Part shown: one piece after another, positions 29,508 to 38,853 of the stretch
How positions within the stretch are numbered: position 1 is the stretch's first letter
Layout of the letters: every line of letters starts with the position of its first letter
Assembly: GCA_023424395.1 (NCBI GenBank)
Contig: JAFADY010000037.1
Coordinates: 1,647-65,646, forward strand
Reading direction: 5' to 3'
From: Bacteroidota bacterium
GTDB taxonomy: Bacteria > Bacteroidota > Bacteroidia > Bacteroidales > Dysgonomonadaceae
Length of the DNA stretch: 64,000 nt
Made by a program: the position numbers and the translations under genes
The notes under the pieces: model-generated
Seen by the model: only the letters and a program-made list of their open reading frames with translations
What the model was told of the DNA's origin: nothing
The model's database searches: none

Positions 29508-30743
29508 ATGAAAGATAAAAACTTGTGGGTAGTTTTCCTATCTCTTGGAACTATGTTTTTTATGATTAGTACTACAATTGAGGTAACATGGCTAAAACTA
29601 TTGATCATCTCCATATCTGTATTACAATATATTTTAGCGTTAATCTTTGCAGCCAAAGATTATAGCAACAAAAAACAAAACAACACAACCGGTGTACAAT
29701 CATTTCCTCCACCTCCACCTCCAACATTCAACTATGAACATCAAACTATAAATTTTATAAAAATGAAACACTTAGAACGCGCCTTACAAGGCCGGAACGG
29801 TATCGGAAGATACCTATTAATGTTCGTATCGATTTTTTTCATTGCGCAGCTCGCCGCAATACCCGTTCTTTTCATGCTTATTCCCATCATTAAAAACGGC
29901 GGAAGTTTCTCAGACATCACAAGCGCAATAGAAAACCCCACAGCATTTGGCGTATCCGCCAATTTTTACCTGGCAGTTATGATGTCAACTTTTGTCCTTC
30001 TTTATTTTGCATTTTCTCTTCTTATAAAGCCTATACACCAAAGAACAGTTCGAGAAACCATCAACGGACGTAAACACATCCGTTGGAACAGGATTTGGAC
30101 CGGGATGATTGTATGGGGAATATTCGTAATCATAGATACGGTTATCAGTTTATTGATTTCTGGGCCCTATAATTTTGAGTTTCGTTTCAACGCAAGCGCT
30201 TTTTTGCCTATGCTCCTTATTATTCTTGTTTTAATGCCTTTTCAAACAAGCATAGAAGAAATTCTGATGCGTGGTTATTTGGCGCAAGGCGTAGGAAAAT
30301 GGACACGTAGCCGTTGGTGGGCTTTGATCATTCCGTCGGTGATATTTGCTCTTTTACATGCCGCGAATCCCGAAGTAAAAGAATTCGGTTTTTGGCTTGC
30401 CATGCCACAGTATTTGATCATGGGATTGATGTTGGGGCTTGTTTCCATTCTTGACGACGGTATTGAGCTTGCACTCGGCATACATTTCATCAACAACGCG
30501 CTTGCCGCCATGCTCGTTACACACGACGCATCTGCATTTCAAACGGATGCCTTATTCAAATTAAAAGAACTGAATCCGGTGGCAAGCCTTATTTCCATTT
30601 CCATTGCGTGTGTTTTGGTTGTTCTAGTACTGCAACGCATTTACAAATGGAATTTTAATGTCTTAAACAAAAAACTAGAGCTCTTACCGCCACCCGTTCC
30701 GCCCATGCAAACCGAAGTAACAGAGCCTGTTCAACATGTTTAA
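29508..30743 (+). CDS. CPBP family intramembrane glutamic endopeptidase (Abi/CAAX-protease type) with an N-terminal 2-TM extension
   Basis: Motifs EEILMRGY (EExxxR), FALLHA and HFINNA. Poly-Pro linkers (PPPPPP, PPPVPP) lie at both ends. The true start could be the internal M at about aa 86. Confidence 0.8.
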   Translation: MKDKNLWVVFLSLGTMFFMISTTIEVTWLKLLIISISVLQYILALIFAAKDYSNKKQNNTTGVQSFPPPPPPTFNYEHQTINFIKMKHLERALQGRNGIGRYLLMFVSIFFIAQLAAIPVLFMLIPIIKNGGSFSDITSAIENPTAFGVSANFYLAVMMSTFVLLYFAFSLLIKPIHQRTVRETINGRKHIRWNRIWTGMIVWGIFVIIDTVISLLISGPYNFEFRFNASAFLPMLLIILVLMPFQTSIEEILMRGYLAQGVGKWTRSRWWALIIPSVIFALLHAANPEVKEFGFWLAMPQYLIMGLMLGLVSILDDGIELALGIHFINNALAAMLVTHDASAFQTDALFKLKELNPVASLISISIACVLVVLVLQRIYKWNFNVLNKKLELLPPPVPPMQTEVTEPVQHV

Positions 30744-30799
30744 CAACATATTAAACGAATATTATACATATAAAATATAAACATTATTCAACAATTTAC

Positions 30800-30807
30800 T
30801 ATCTTTG
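30800..30807 (+). promoter_or_regulatory. -7 promoter box (TATCTTTG)
   Basis: Lies 22 nt upstream of the ATG at 30829. The ORF-track start at 30805 is a TTG inside the box. Confidence 0.5.
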
Positions 30808-30828
30808 AAGATTAGATTTTCGCGTGAT

Positions 30829-32250
30829 ATGAAATTACACCACATCTTTTGCATGTTTATTTTCTTGTCTTTTTCTCTGATGTCGAAAGGACAATCACTG
30901 GATGATGCGAAGAATTGGTTTTTAGAAGGCAAGTACGCCGAAGCTTTACCTGTTTTCCAAACCGAATACATAAATTCCCCCGATGACGCGGCGCTTAACC
31001 AATGGTTGGGCGTAAGCCTTTTGGAAACAGGCAGTTTAACGGAATCCGAAAAATACCTTTCTTTTGCTTCGCAAAAAAATATTCCGGAGGCGTATATTTA
31101 TTTGGGCGAATTATACAGTAAAATGTATCGGTTTGAGGATGCAGAAAAAGAGTTTGCCAAATACCAGCGCGCAAAACGCCGCGACAATGCGGCTTTGGCA
31201 AAACTGGCGGAAAAACGCGAATACGCCGATAGGCTGAAACGCTCCATCAGCCGAACAGAAGACATTCAAATAATTGACAGCTTAGTAGTTAGCAAATCCG
31301 ATTTTTTATCAGCTTATAAACTGAGTCGATCTGCCGGTTCTCTGCATCGTGCAAACGAATTCCTCACCAATCGGGCTCTTTCCGATCAAGTTCTGTTCCA
31401 AAACGAGAGGAAAGACAAAATATATTTCTCGCAAGGAGACTCTCTTTTCGGGTTTAACCTGTATTCGATGGAGAAACTGCTGGATACTTTCGGAAATGAA
31501 AAAAAACTTTCCGAGTCAATTAACCAAAACGGCGATCAAGCTTTTCCATTCGTAATGCCCGACGGAGTCACTATTTATTTTGCCTCTACCGGACACGGCT
31601 CTTTGGGCGGATACGACCTTTTGGTTACCCGATACAACATTGCCAATGATTCTTACCTTAATCCTAACCATTTAAATATGCCTTTCAACTCGCCTTTCAA
31701 CGATTATATGTTGGCCATTGACGAAGAAAAAGGTATCGGATGGTTTGCGAGCGATCGGTTTCAAGCAACTGATTCGGTTTGTGTGTACACATTCATTCCT
31801 TCCGGTGAAGTGGTTGTTTTAGAAACCGATGACGAAGGATATCTTGCTCAACGAGCAAAAATCTCTTCCATATCCGATACTTGGCGAGAAGGCTCCGATT
31901 ATAGCGGTTTATTGAATAAAGCGGCAAGAGTAACTTCATGGGATAATACGCCTGAAAGAGATTTCACTTTTGTTATAAACGACAAACACACGTACTATCG
32001 CTTATCGGACTTTAGAAATGGAACCGCGAAAGAACTTTTTTCTGAAGCGATTAACTTACAAAACCGCTTAAACGGAGTAGAGAAAGAATTATCGGAAAAT
32101 CGCAACAGAATTGCCCAAGCCGGAGCACAAAACAGCACGTTAAATGATTCGGTTTTATCGTTGGAGAAACAAGCCGAATCGCTTTTCAGGAAAATAGAGA
32201 ACTTAAAAGTTAGGGCAAGAAACGAAGAAATCAGAAACAATTATCAATAA
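30829..32250 (+). CDS. TPR plus PD40 (TolB-like beta-propeller repeat) protein with C-terminal coiled coil
   Basis: Signal peptide, TPR-like N-terminus (EGKYAEALPVFQ...), and PD40-like segments (VTIYFASTGHGSLGGYDL, GIGWFASDR). Confidence 0.6.
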   Translation: MKLHHIFCMFIFLSFSLMSKGQSLDDAKNWFLEGKYAEALPVFQTEYINSPDDAALNQWLGVSLLETGSLTESEKYLSFASQKNIPEAYIYLGELYSKMYRFEDAEKEFAKYQRAKRRDNAALAKLAEKREYADRLKRSISRTEDIQIIDSLVVSKSDFLSAYKLSRSAGSLHRANEFLTNRALSDQVLFQNERKDKIYFSQGDSLFGFNLYSMEKLLDTFGNEKKLSESINQNGDQAFPFVMPDGVTIYFASTGHGSLGGYDLLVTRYNIANDSYLNPNHLNMPFNSPFNDYMLAIDEEKGIGWFASDRFQATDSVCVYTFIPSGEVVVLETDDEGYLAQRAKISSISDTWREGSDYSGLLNKAARVTSWDNTPERDFTFVINDKHTYYRLSDFRNGTAKELFSEAINLQNRLNGVEKELSENRNRIAQAGAQNSTLNDSVLSLEKQAESLFRKIENLKVRARNEEIRNNYQ

Positions 32251-32255
32251 AAGTT

Positions 32256-32756
32256 ATGACGCTGAATGTTGTTATAGTTATTGCCGTAATTCTGTTGGGA
32301 ATTATTTTTCTGCTGATAGAATTCTTTTTGCTCCCGGGCATTAGTATTGCCGGTATCGCAGGAGCCATTTTCCTGATCGGCGGCATCATTTTTGCTTACA
32401 TGTACTTGGGTTCCACTGCAGGAACCGCAACTTTAGTGGGTTCGGCAATATTACTTGGAGGGGCTTTCGTCTGGCTCTTAAAATCGAAGTCGTTGGAGAG
32501 GATCGCGCTCACGACTGATATTACTGAAACGGTTGATAACAGCGATCTGAAAAAAATACAAAAAGGCGACAAAGGCCTGGCTATTTCCCGGTTGAATCCT
32601 ATCGGCAAAGTAATGGTAAACGACGTAGTGGTTGAAGGGAAATCTTTCGATGGGGAATTTATTGATGAAGAAGCCGAAGTTGAAGTAATCAGAATAGACA
32701 CTTATAACATTGTTGTTAAAAAAATAAACGAGATAGATATAAACTCAAAATATTAA
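32256..32756 (+). CDS. NfeD family protein
   Basis: Three or four TM helices plus a C-terminal OB-like domain (GLAISRLNPIGKVMVNDVVVEGKS). Sits immediately upstream of floA. Confidence 0.8.
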   Translation: MTLNVVIVIAVILLGIIFLLIEFFLLPGISIAGIAGAIFLIGGIIFAYMYLGSTAGTATLVGSAILLGGAFVWLLKSKSLERIALTTDITETVDNSDLKKIQKGDKGLAISRLNPIGKVMVNDVVVEGKSFDGEFIDEEAEVEVIRIDTYNIVVKKINEIDINSKY

Positions 32757-32759
32757 ATT

Positions 32760-33752
32760 ATGGAATTTAGCTTAATCATTATTATTGCTGTAATAGTAAT
32801 TTTCGTATTGATCTTCTTTCACTACGTACCTTTTTTCTTGTGGATAAACGCTTTATCGGCAGGCGTAAGAATTTCTCTGATACAATTGTTCTTAATGCGT
32901 TTGCGCCGGGTTCCGCCGCACACCATCGTTTACGCGATGATTGAAGCGCACAAAGCCGGGTTGAAAAATGTTACCCGAGACAATCTCGAGGCGCATTATC
33001 TGGCCGGAGGCCATGTGGAAAAAGTAGTTCACGCACTGGTTTCGGCATCGAAAGCCAATATCGATCTGCCGTTTCAAATGGCAACAGCCATCGACTTGGC
33101 AGGACGTGATGTATTGGAAGCCGTACAAATGTCGGTAAACCCGAAAGTGATTGACACGCCTCCCGTTACCGCCGTCGCTATCGACGGTATTCAGTTAATA
33201 GCCAAAGCGCGCGTAACGGTTCGCGCGAATATCAAACAACTTGTTGGAGGCGCCGGAGAAGAAACCATACTTGCCCGCGTGGGCGAAGGCATTGTTTCGT
33301 CTATCGGTTCGGCATCTTCACACAAATCCGTATTAGAAAACCCCGATTCGATATCGAAGCTTGTGCTGAGAAAAGGATTGGATGCCGGAACCGCTTTCGA
33401 GATACTTTCCATTGATATTGCCGATATCGATATAGGTAAAAACATCGGCGCCGTTCTGCAAATAGACCAAGCGCAAGCCGATAAAAACATCGCGCAGGCG
33501 CGCGCCGAAGAGCGTAGAGCAATGGCCATCGCCCTTGAACAAGAAATGAAAGCCAAAGCGCAGGAAGCACGCGCGCACGTAATTGAAGCGGAAGCGCAAA
33601 TACCCATCGCTATGGCAGAGGCTTTCCGCAGCGGAAACTTGGGCATCATGGATTATTATCGTTTTCAAAACATAAAAGCCGATACAGACATGCGCGAATC
33701 CATTGCCAAACCGCAAACGGGCGGAAGTGATAATAAAACACAATCGAAATAA
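32760..33752 (+). CDS. floA: flotillin-like protein FloA (SPFH/UPF0365)
   Basis: [32 protein letters not shown] is the characteristic FloA N-terminus. An SPFH core and an Ala/Glu-rich helix follow. Confidence 0.9.
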   Translation: MEFSLIIIIAVIVIFVLIFFHYVPFFLWINALSAGVRISLIQLFLMRLRRVPPHTIVYAMIEAHKAGLKNVTRDNLEAHYLAGGHVEKVVHALVSASKANIDLPFQMATAIDLAGRDVLEAVQMSVNPKVIDTPPVTAVAIDGIQLIAKARVTVRANIKQLVGGAGEETILARVGEGIVSSIGSASSHKSVLENPDSISKLVLRKGLDAGTAFEILSIDIADIDIGKNIGAVLQIDQAQADKNIAQARAEERRAMAIALEQEMKAKAQEARAHVIEAEAQIPIAMAEAFRSGNLGIMDYYRFQNIKADTDMRESIAKPQTGGSDNKTQSK

Positions 33753-33850
33753 AATTGAAGTGAAGGAATAAAGAAGTAAAGCAAGTAAAATATTCCCATT
33801 CTTTACTTCTTATTTCCAACTTCGTACTTTTAACTTCTAAATTATCTATT

Positions 33851-34717
33851 ATGAGAATTATACCTGAATCGGAACTGATCATTAATTCAGACGGGAGCGC
33901 CTTCCATCTTCATATTAAGCCGGAACAACTTTCGGATAAGATTATTATGATGGGCGACCCCGAGAGAGTAACAATGACTGCCGACTTCTTCGACTCGATA
34001 GAGTGCGATGTACGAAGCCGCGAATTTCATACCGTAACCGGTACGTATAAAGGGAAAAGAATCACCGCCATATCGCATGGAATCGGCACGGATAATATCG
34101 ATATCGTGCTGACTGAATTAGATGCGCTGGCGAATATCGATTTTGAAACCCGCACGGTAAAAAAAGATTTCAAGCAACTCACCATGATTCGTGTGGGAAC
34201 ATCGGGAGGAATGCAGCCGCACTGTCCTGTAGGTTCTTATGTAGTTTCGGAAAAATCCATTGGTTTCGATGGGCTCATCCACTATTATGAAGGCGCGCGG
34301 GAAATTTGCGAAGAAGATTTCGAAGAAGCTTTTCAAAAACATGTGCACTGGTCGCCTTATCATTGTTCGCCTTATGTTGTAAGCGCCGATGAAGATTTGG
34401 TTGAAAGAATCGCTCACGACATGATTCGCGGGGTAACAATTTCCGCTATCGGCTTTTACGGCCCGCAAGGGCGCTATGTCCGCCTTCCGCTTGCCGATCC
34501 CGATCTGAATGCAAAAATCGAATCGTTCCGCTTCGGCGATTATTCCATCACCAATTACGAGATGGAAAGTTCAGCCATTGCCGGATTGGGCAAACTTATG
34601 GGTCATAAAGCCATGACGGTTTGCGCCATTATTGCCAATCGGGTGGCTTTGGAATCGAATGCCGATTATAAAGGCTCCACAGAAGACCTTATTAAAATTG
34701 TATTGGATAGAATATAA
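33851..34717 (+). CDS. nucleoside phosphorylase (PNP/UDP family 1)
   Basis: IIMMGDPERV, GIGTDNIDIV, RVGTSGG and YEMESSAI motifs. Confidence 0.75.
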   Translation: MRIIPESELIINSDGSAFHLHIKPEQLSDKIIMMGDPERVTMTADFFDSIECDVRSREFHTVTGTYKGKRITAISHGIGTDNIDIVLTELDALANIDFETRTVKKDFKQLTMIRVGTSGGMQPHCPVGSYVVSEKSIGFDGLIHYYEGAREICEEDFEEAFQKHVHWSPYHCSPYVVSADEDLVERIAHDMIRGVTISAIGFYGPQGRYVRLPLADPDLNAKIESFRFGDYSITNYEMESSAIAGLGKLMGHKAMTVCAIIANRVALESNADYKGSTEDLIKIVLDRI

Positions 34718-34722
34718 CATTT

Positions 34723-34740
34723 ACGATTGACGATTGACGA
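34723..34740. repeat. 7-bp tandem repeat (ACGATTG)
   Basis: ACGATTGACGATTGACGA directly after the stop codon. Confidence 0.7.
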
Positions 34741-34776
34741 CAAAAAACAACTTTTTAATTATAAAAATAATCATTT

Positions 34777-37584
34777 ATGAAGAAAATTTTCATCTTTTTG
34801 TTTTTAGCAGCAACTTTTGCTGTTATGGCACAACAAAACCCGGAATTGCCGGTTGACCCGAACATCAGAAAGGGAAAATTGGACAACGGATTGACGTATT
34901 ACATTCGTAACAACAAAACTCCCGAAAAAAGAGCCGATTTTTACATCGCTCAAAAAGTAGGATCTATGCAGGAAGAAGACAACCAAGCAGGCTTGGCGCA
35001 CTTCCTTGAACACATGGCTTTTAACGGAACAAAAAACTATCCGGGTAAAACCATGTTGGAGTATTTACAGAATAACGGCATTAAATTCGGAGCAAACATC
35101 AACGCCTATACATCGTTCGATGAAACGGTTTATTACATGACCGATGTACCTACCGATAACAAAAACCTGGTAGATTCGGCGCTGCTCGTCCTTCACGATT
35201 GGTCAAGCGCAATAGCTCTTGAAGATGAAGAACTCGAAAAAGAACGCGGCGTTATCCGCGAAGAATGGAGAACGCGCGGCGGCGCAGAACAACGTTTGTG
35301 GGATCAGCTGCTGCCGGTAATGTACCCGAACAGCAAATATGCAAAACGGATGCCGATAGGCAGTATTGATGTGATCAATAACTTTAAACCCGAAGAGATC
35401 AGGGCATATTACCAAAAATGGTACCGTCCCGATCTACAAGGTATTATTGTTGTGGGCGATTTCGATACGGATGAAATGGAACAAAAAGTTAAAAAACTGT
35501 TTTCGGGTATAAAATTGGCTTCCAATGTAGCCGAGAGAGAATATTTTCCGGTTCCCGATAATGAAGAACCCATCGTAGCTGTTGCTACCGACCCCGAAGC
35601 ACGCAACACGCAAATTATGTTGTTTCACAAACACGACGCGCTTCCCAACGAAGTATTGAACACGCAAGCCGGATATATGATGAAGTACATCTCCAACGTA
35701 GCCGGAATGATGATGAACGAACGTTTGAACGAAATAAGCCAAAAGCCCAACGCTCCTTTTACCTTCGGTTACGCCTACGACGATGATTTCTTCGTATCGA
35801 AAACAAAAGACGCGTGGACGGTTATAGCCGGATCGGCAGAAGACAAAGTGGACGAAGCGCTGGCAGCCATTGCCCGTGAAACGGAAAGAGTGAGACTACA
35901 CGGATTCACCGCCTCGGAATACGACAGAGCGCGTTCAAACATGCTCAAAAGCCTGGAAAACTCTTATAATAATCGCGACAAGCAAAAAAACTCGTCTTAC
36001 TCAAGAGAGTACGTAAGAAATTTCTCCGATGGAGAACCTATTCCCGGAGTAGAATTCGAGTACCAAATGTTGAACTCCGTTGCGCCTCAAATACCGGTTG
36101 AAGTTATCAACCAAACGATAAAACAGTTAATCGGAGAAAAAAATATTGTAGTTGCCGTTACAGGCCCTCAAAAAGAAGGACTTGTTTACCCAACTAGCGA
36201 TGAATTAGAAGGTGTTTTGGCCTCGGTAAGAAAAGAAACCATCGAACCTTATGTAGAACAAGTTTCCAATGAGCCTTTGGTTGCAATGCCTCCAACTCCC
36301 GGAACCATTGTTAAAACCGAAAAAGACGCCAACCTCGATGTCACGGTATGGAACCTGTCGAACGGAATGAAAGTTATCCTGAAAAAAACAGATTTCAAAG
36401 ACGATGAAATCCGCATGACCGCGTCCAGTTACGGAGGAACCGCACAGTACGCTGAAAGCGAACCAACCAACAGTAAGGTTATGGGACAAGTGATGACCCT
36501 GGGCGGCGTAGGAAATTTCAGCGCTACCGAACTACCCAAAGTATTGGCGGGCAAAACGGTGTCCGTTCGCCCTACTATCGGTATGACTACGCAAGGATTT
36601 TCGGGTTCATCCTCTATTAAAGACTTCGAAACCATGCTGCAACTTGTTTACTTATACTTTACAGCGCCTCGCGCCGATAAAGATGCATTCGATTCTTATA
36701 TGCAGCGCACCGATATACAACTAAAAAATCAAGAAGCCGAGCCTATGGTCGCGTTCAGCGACTCCATTACCTCTGCCCTTTACGGAGACATTCCTTACGT
36801 TGGCCGTTTACGCCACAACGAACTCACAGGAATCAACTACAACCGCATTATGGAAATGTACAGACAAAGTTTCTTGAATCCGGGCAGTTTTGTATTTACT
36901 TTTGTAGGGAATATCGATGAAGAAGCCGTAAAACCAGCCATTCTTCAGTACTTAGCTCCAATTAAAGGACAGTTTGCCGAAAACACCTTATTGAAAGTTC
37001 CGATGGATTACAAAAGCGGCGTAATGGATAATATCTTCCAACGCGAAATGAAGAATCCCAAAGCATCGGTATTTGCAAGCGTAAACGGAAACGTTGACCG
37101 CACTCAAAAGAACAACCTCTTAATGAGTATGCTCGATCAAATATTAGATATTGTTTATACCGAAAAAGTGCGGGAAGATGAAGGCGGAACCTATGGCGTT
37201 TACACGCAAGGCAACATTTCCAGATACCCCGAAGGGCAAACCATTCTGCAAATTATCTATGATACCGACCCGGCCAAGATGGAGCATTTGAATAAAATAA
37301 TTTTTGCCGAACTCGAAGGGCTTGCCAAAAACGGCCCGCGTACCGAAGATTTCAATAAAGTAAAAGAGTATATGACCAAAAAGTACAGCGAAGATATTAA
37401 GGAAAACAGCTATTGGGTGTCGCAACTCAATAACAAATACTTCTATAAAGAAGATACTCATTCCGATTATATGCAACTACTAAACTCCATTACTCAAAAA
37501 GATATTCAAAACTTCGCGCAAAACTTATTGTCGCAAGGCAACAAAGCCACCATTGTTATGATGCCGAAAGAAGTGAAAGAATAA
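34777..37584 (+). CDS. M16 family (pitrilysin/insulinase-like) zinc metallopeptidase, fused active and inactive halves
   Basis: Signal peptide, inverted zinc motif HFLEH, and downstream EEW/RE motifs. The 935-aa length indicates four M16 domains. Confidence 0.9.
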   Translation: MKKIFIFLFLAATFAVMAQQNPELPVDPNIRKGKLDNGLTYYIRNNKTPEKRADFYIAQKVGSMQEEDNQAGLAHFLEHMAFNGTKNYPGKTMLEYLQNNGIKFGANINAYTSFDETVYYMTDVPTDNKNLVDSALLVLHDWSSAIALEDEELEKERGVIREEWRTRGGAEQRLWDQLLPVMYPNSKYAKRMPIGSIDVINNFKPEEIRAYYQKWYRPDLQGIIVVGDFDTDEMEQKVKKLFSGIKLASNVAEREYFPVPDNEEPIVAVATDPEARNTQIMLFHKHDALPNEVLNTQAGYMMKYISNVAGMMMNERLNEISQKPNAPFTFGYAYDDDFFVSKTKDAWTVIAGSAEDKVDEALAAIARETERVRLHGFTASEYDRARSNMLKSLENSYNNRDKQKNSSYSREYVRNFSDGEPIPGVEFEYQMLNSVAPQIPVEVINQTIKQLIGEKNIVVAVTGPQKEGLVYPTSDELEGVLASVRKETIEPYVEQVSNEPLVAMPPTPGTIVKTEKDANLDVTVWNLSNGMKVILKKTDFKDDEIRMTASSYGGTAQYAESEPTNSKVMGQVMTLGGVGNFSATELPKVLAGKTVSVRPTIGMTTQGFSGSSSIKDFETMLQLVYLYFTAPRADKDAFDSYMQRTDIQLKNQEAEPMVAFSDSITSALYGDIPYVGRLRHNELTGINYNRIMEMYRQSFLNPGSFVFTFVGNIDEEAVKPAILQYLAPIKGQFAENTLLKVPMDYKSGVMDNIFQREMKNPKASVFASVNGNVDRTQKNNLLMSMLDQILDIVYTEKVREDEGGTYGVYTQGNISRYPEGQTILQIIYDTDPAKMEHLNKIIFAELEGLAKNGPRTEDFNKVKEYMTKKYSEDIKENSYWVSQLNNKYFYKEDTHSDYMQLLNSITQKDIQNFAQNLLSQGNKATIVMMPKEVKE

Positions 37585-37603
37585 AAATTCAGCACATAAT
37601 TAT

Positions 37604-37640
37604 AAAAGGAGCATCGGTGTAATTCCCGATGCTCCTTTTA
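37604..37640 (+). terminator. intrinsic terminator of the M16 peptidase gene
   Basis: AAAAGGAGCATCGG-loop-CCGATGCTCCTTTT forms a 13-14-bp stem followed by a T-run. Confidence 0.85.
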
Positions 37641-37646
37641 TATCCC

Positions 37647-37677
37647 CCTTTGTCAAAGTTCAGAACTTTGACAAAGG
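37647..37677. repeat. palindromic hairpin element CCTTTGTCAAAGTT-CAG-AACTTTGACAAAGG (copy 2 of 2)
   Basis: 14-bp perfect stem. Same core as 29165-29193. Confidence 0.85.
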
Positions 37678-37900
37678 TTTCCGACGCTCGTTCGTCATTT
37701 CAAAGAACCATCGGCATTTGCCAGGTTATCCAATTCCTCAGCCCACTTCCGCCAGTGGTCGGACAAGTAGAGCGGTCTTACGGGTGGAAAAAATACCCCG
37801 CCGCTGCGGGATAATTGTTATTTTATCCCAGTTGAAGACTGCTGTTTTTTTGGACACAAGCTGAAGTTCGCCTCAATGATTATCTCAACTACGGGAAACT

Positions 37901-38445
37901 TCACTTTAAAAAGTTATGCATGAAAGTATTAGTACTACCTGGCTTAGGACTAAATTTTCGGAAATGATATTCATGATTACCATCTTGAGGAATATCAGTT
38001 TCAACTCCATTTACAAACTTAAATATTCTTGTAATTATAAAAGTAGTGTCATTAATAATTTTTCCCTCTGAAGTAATAGTTATATATGGCGGTTCGGAAG
38101 CATTCCATTTTTCGAATTTAATTATATTTTCTTTTACATTGAAAACGCCCCACCATACATAACATTTTTATATCCCTGTTTTTTTACATAAGAGTCATTT
38201 ATATAATCATCCAATTCCACAAGACTTAAATGATTCCCTCCAGGAAATAATGCAGTTCCGTCTCTGTAAAAAAATATTGGCCTAAAATATGTATTATCAA
38301 TGAATTGGTAATAATAACCATCCAATCGTAAATTATTTCCAATATAATCATGTTTTGACAAATGCAATTTTTCTGAATTTGATATAAGTGCTTTCCTACA
38401 ACTATTAAATAAACCCATAATTAAAAATAAAATAAAGTATTTCAT
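37901..38445 (-). pseudogene. lipoprotein gene interrupted by a frameshift at an A5 run (two ORF pieces)
   Basis: ORF 38134..38445 (lipobox LFNSC) stops after ...GGAFSM. The adjacent frame continues VWWGVFNVKENIIKFEKWNASEPPYITITSEGK...MHNFLK* down to 37901. Adding one A to the run at 38165-38169 fuses both parts into one ORF of about 180 aa. Confidence 0.6.
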
Positions 38446-38455
38446 ATTTTTTAAT

Positions 38456-38647
38456 TTAATAAACTACTATAATATTGTTTGTTAACCGATTAGAGATTTC
38501 GATATAATAATCACTATCTTCATACAAATATAAGTAACACTCAATATCCTCACTTATATTTAAATTGTATTGTTTACAATTATTCTTACCTAAACATACT
38601 GTCGGTAATATGTACAGAATAAATAACACTAAAACATATCTCTTCAT
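38456..38647 (-). CDS. small secreted protein, unknown function
   Basis: 63 aa with signal peptide MKRYVLVLFILYILPTVCLG. Very AT-rich. Confidence 0.4.
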   Translation of the reverse strand: MKRYVLVLFILYILPTVCLGKNNCKQYNLNISEDIECYLYLYEDSDYYIEISNRLTNNIIVVY

Positions 38648-38792
38648 TTCTTTTAAAATTTAAAAATAGATGGAATTTCAAACGACTTCGGATACGGTCC
38701 CCACATAGGAATTCCTATCGTGTGGCTCTTAAACATCACTCATTTCTTACAACACGCGAAAAGATTGGCAGGAGCAGGAATCCCTTAAGAAA

Positions 38793-38853
38793 TCCAACTC
38801 CCAACTCCCAACTCCCAACTCCCAACTCCCAATTCCCAAATCCTAAATCCTAA
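38793..38853. repeat. 7-bp tandem repeat (CCCAACT x5, decaying to CCCAAAT/CCTAAAT)
   Basis: TCCAACTCCCAACTCCCAACTCCCAACTCCCAATTCCCAAATCCTAAATCCTAA. It abuts and overlaps the stop codon of the nucleoside permease gene. Confidence 0.9.

Noticed and set aside
32256-33752. NfeD-FloA pair as a candidate novel system.
   Set aside because: This is the well-known, widely conserved NfeD/flotillin (SPFH) operon. Nothing unusual was seen in the sequence.
37629-37814. 61-aa plus-strand ORF after the M16 peptidase gene.
   Set aside because: It starts inside the terminator hairpin, runs through the palindromic repeat, and has no promoter or RBS context. The opposite strand carries the more convincing coding remnant.
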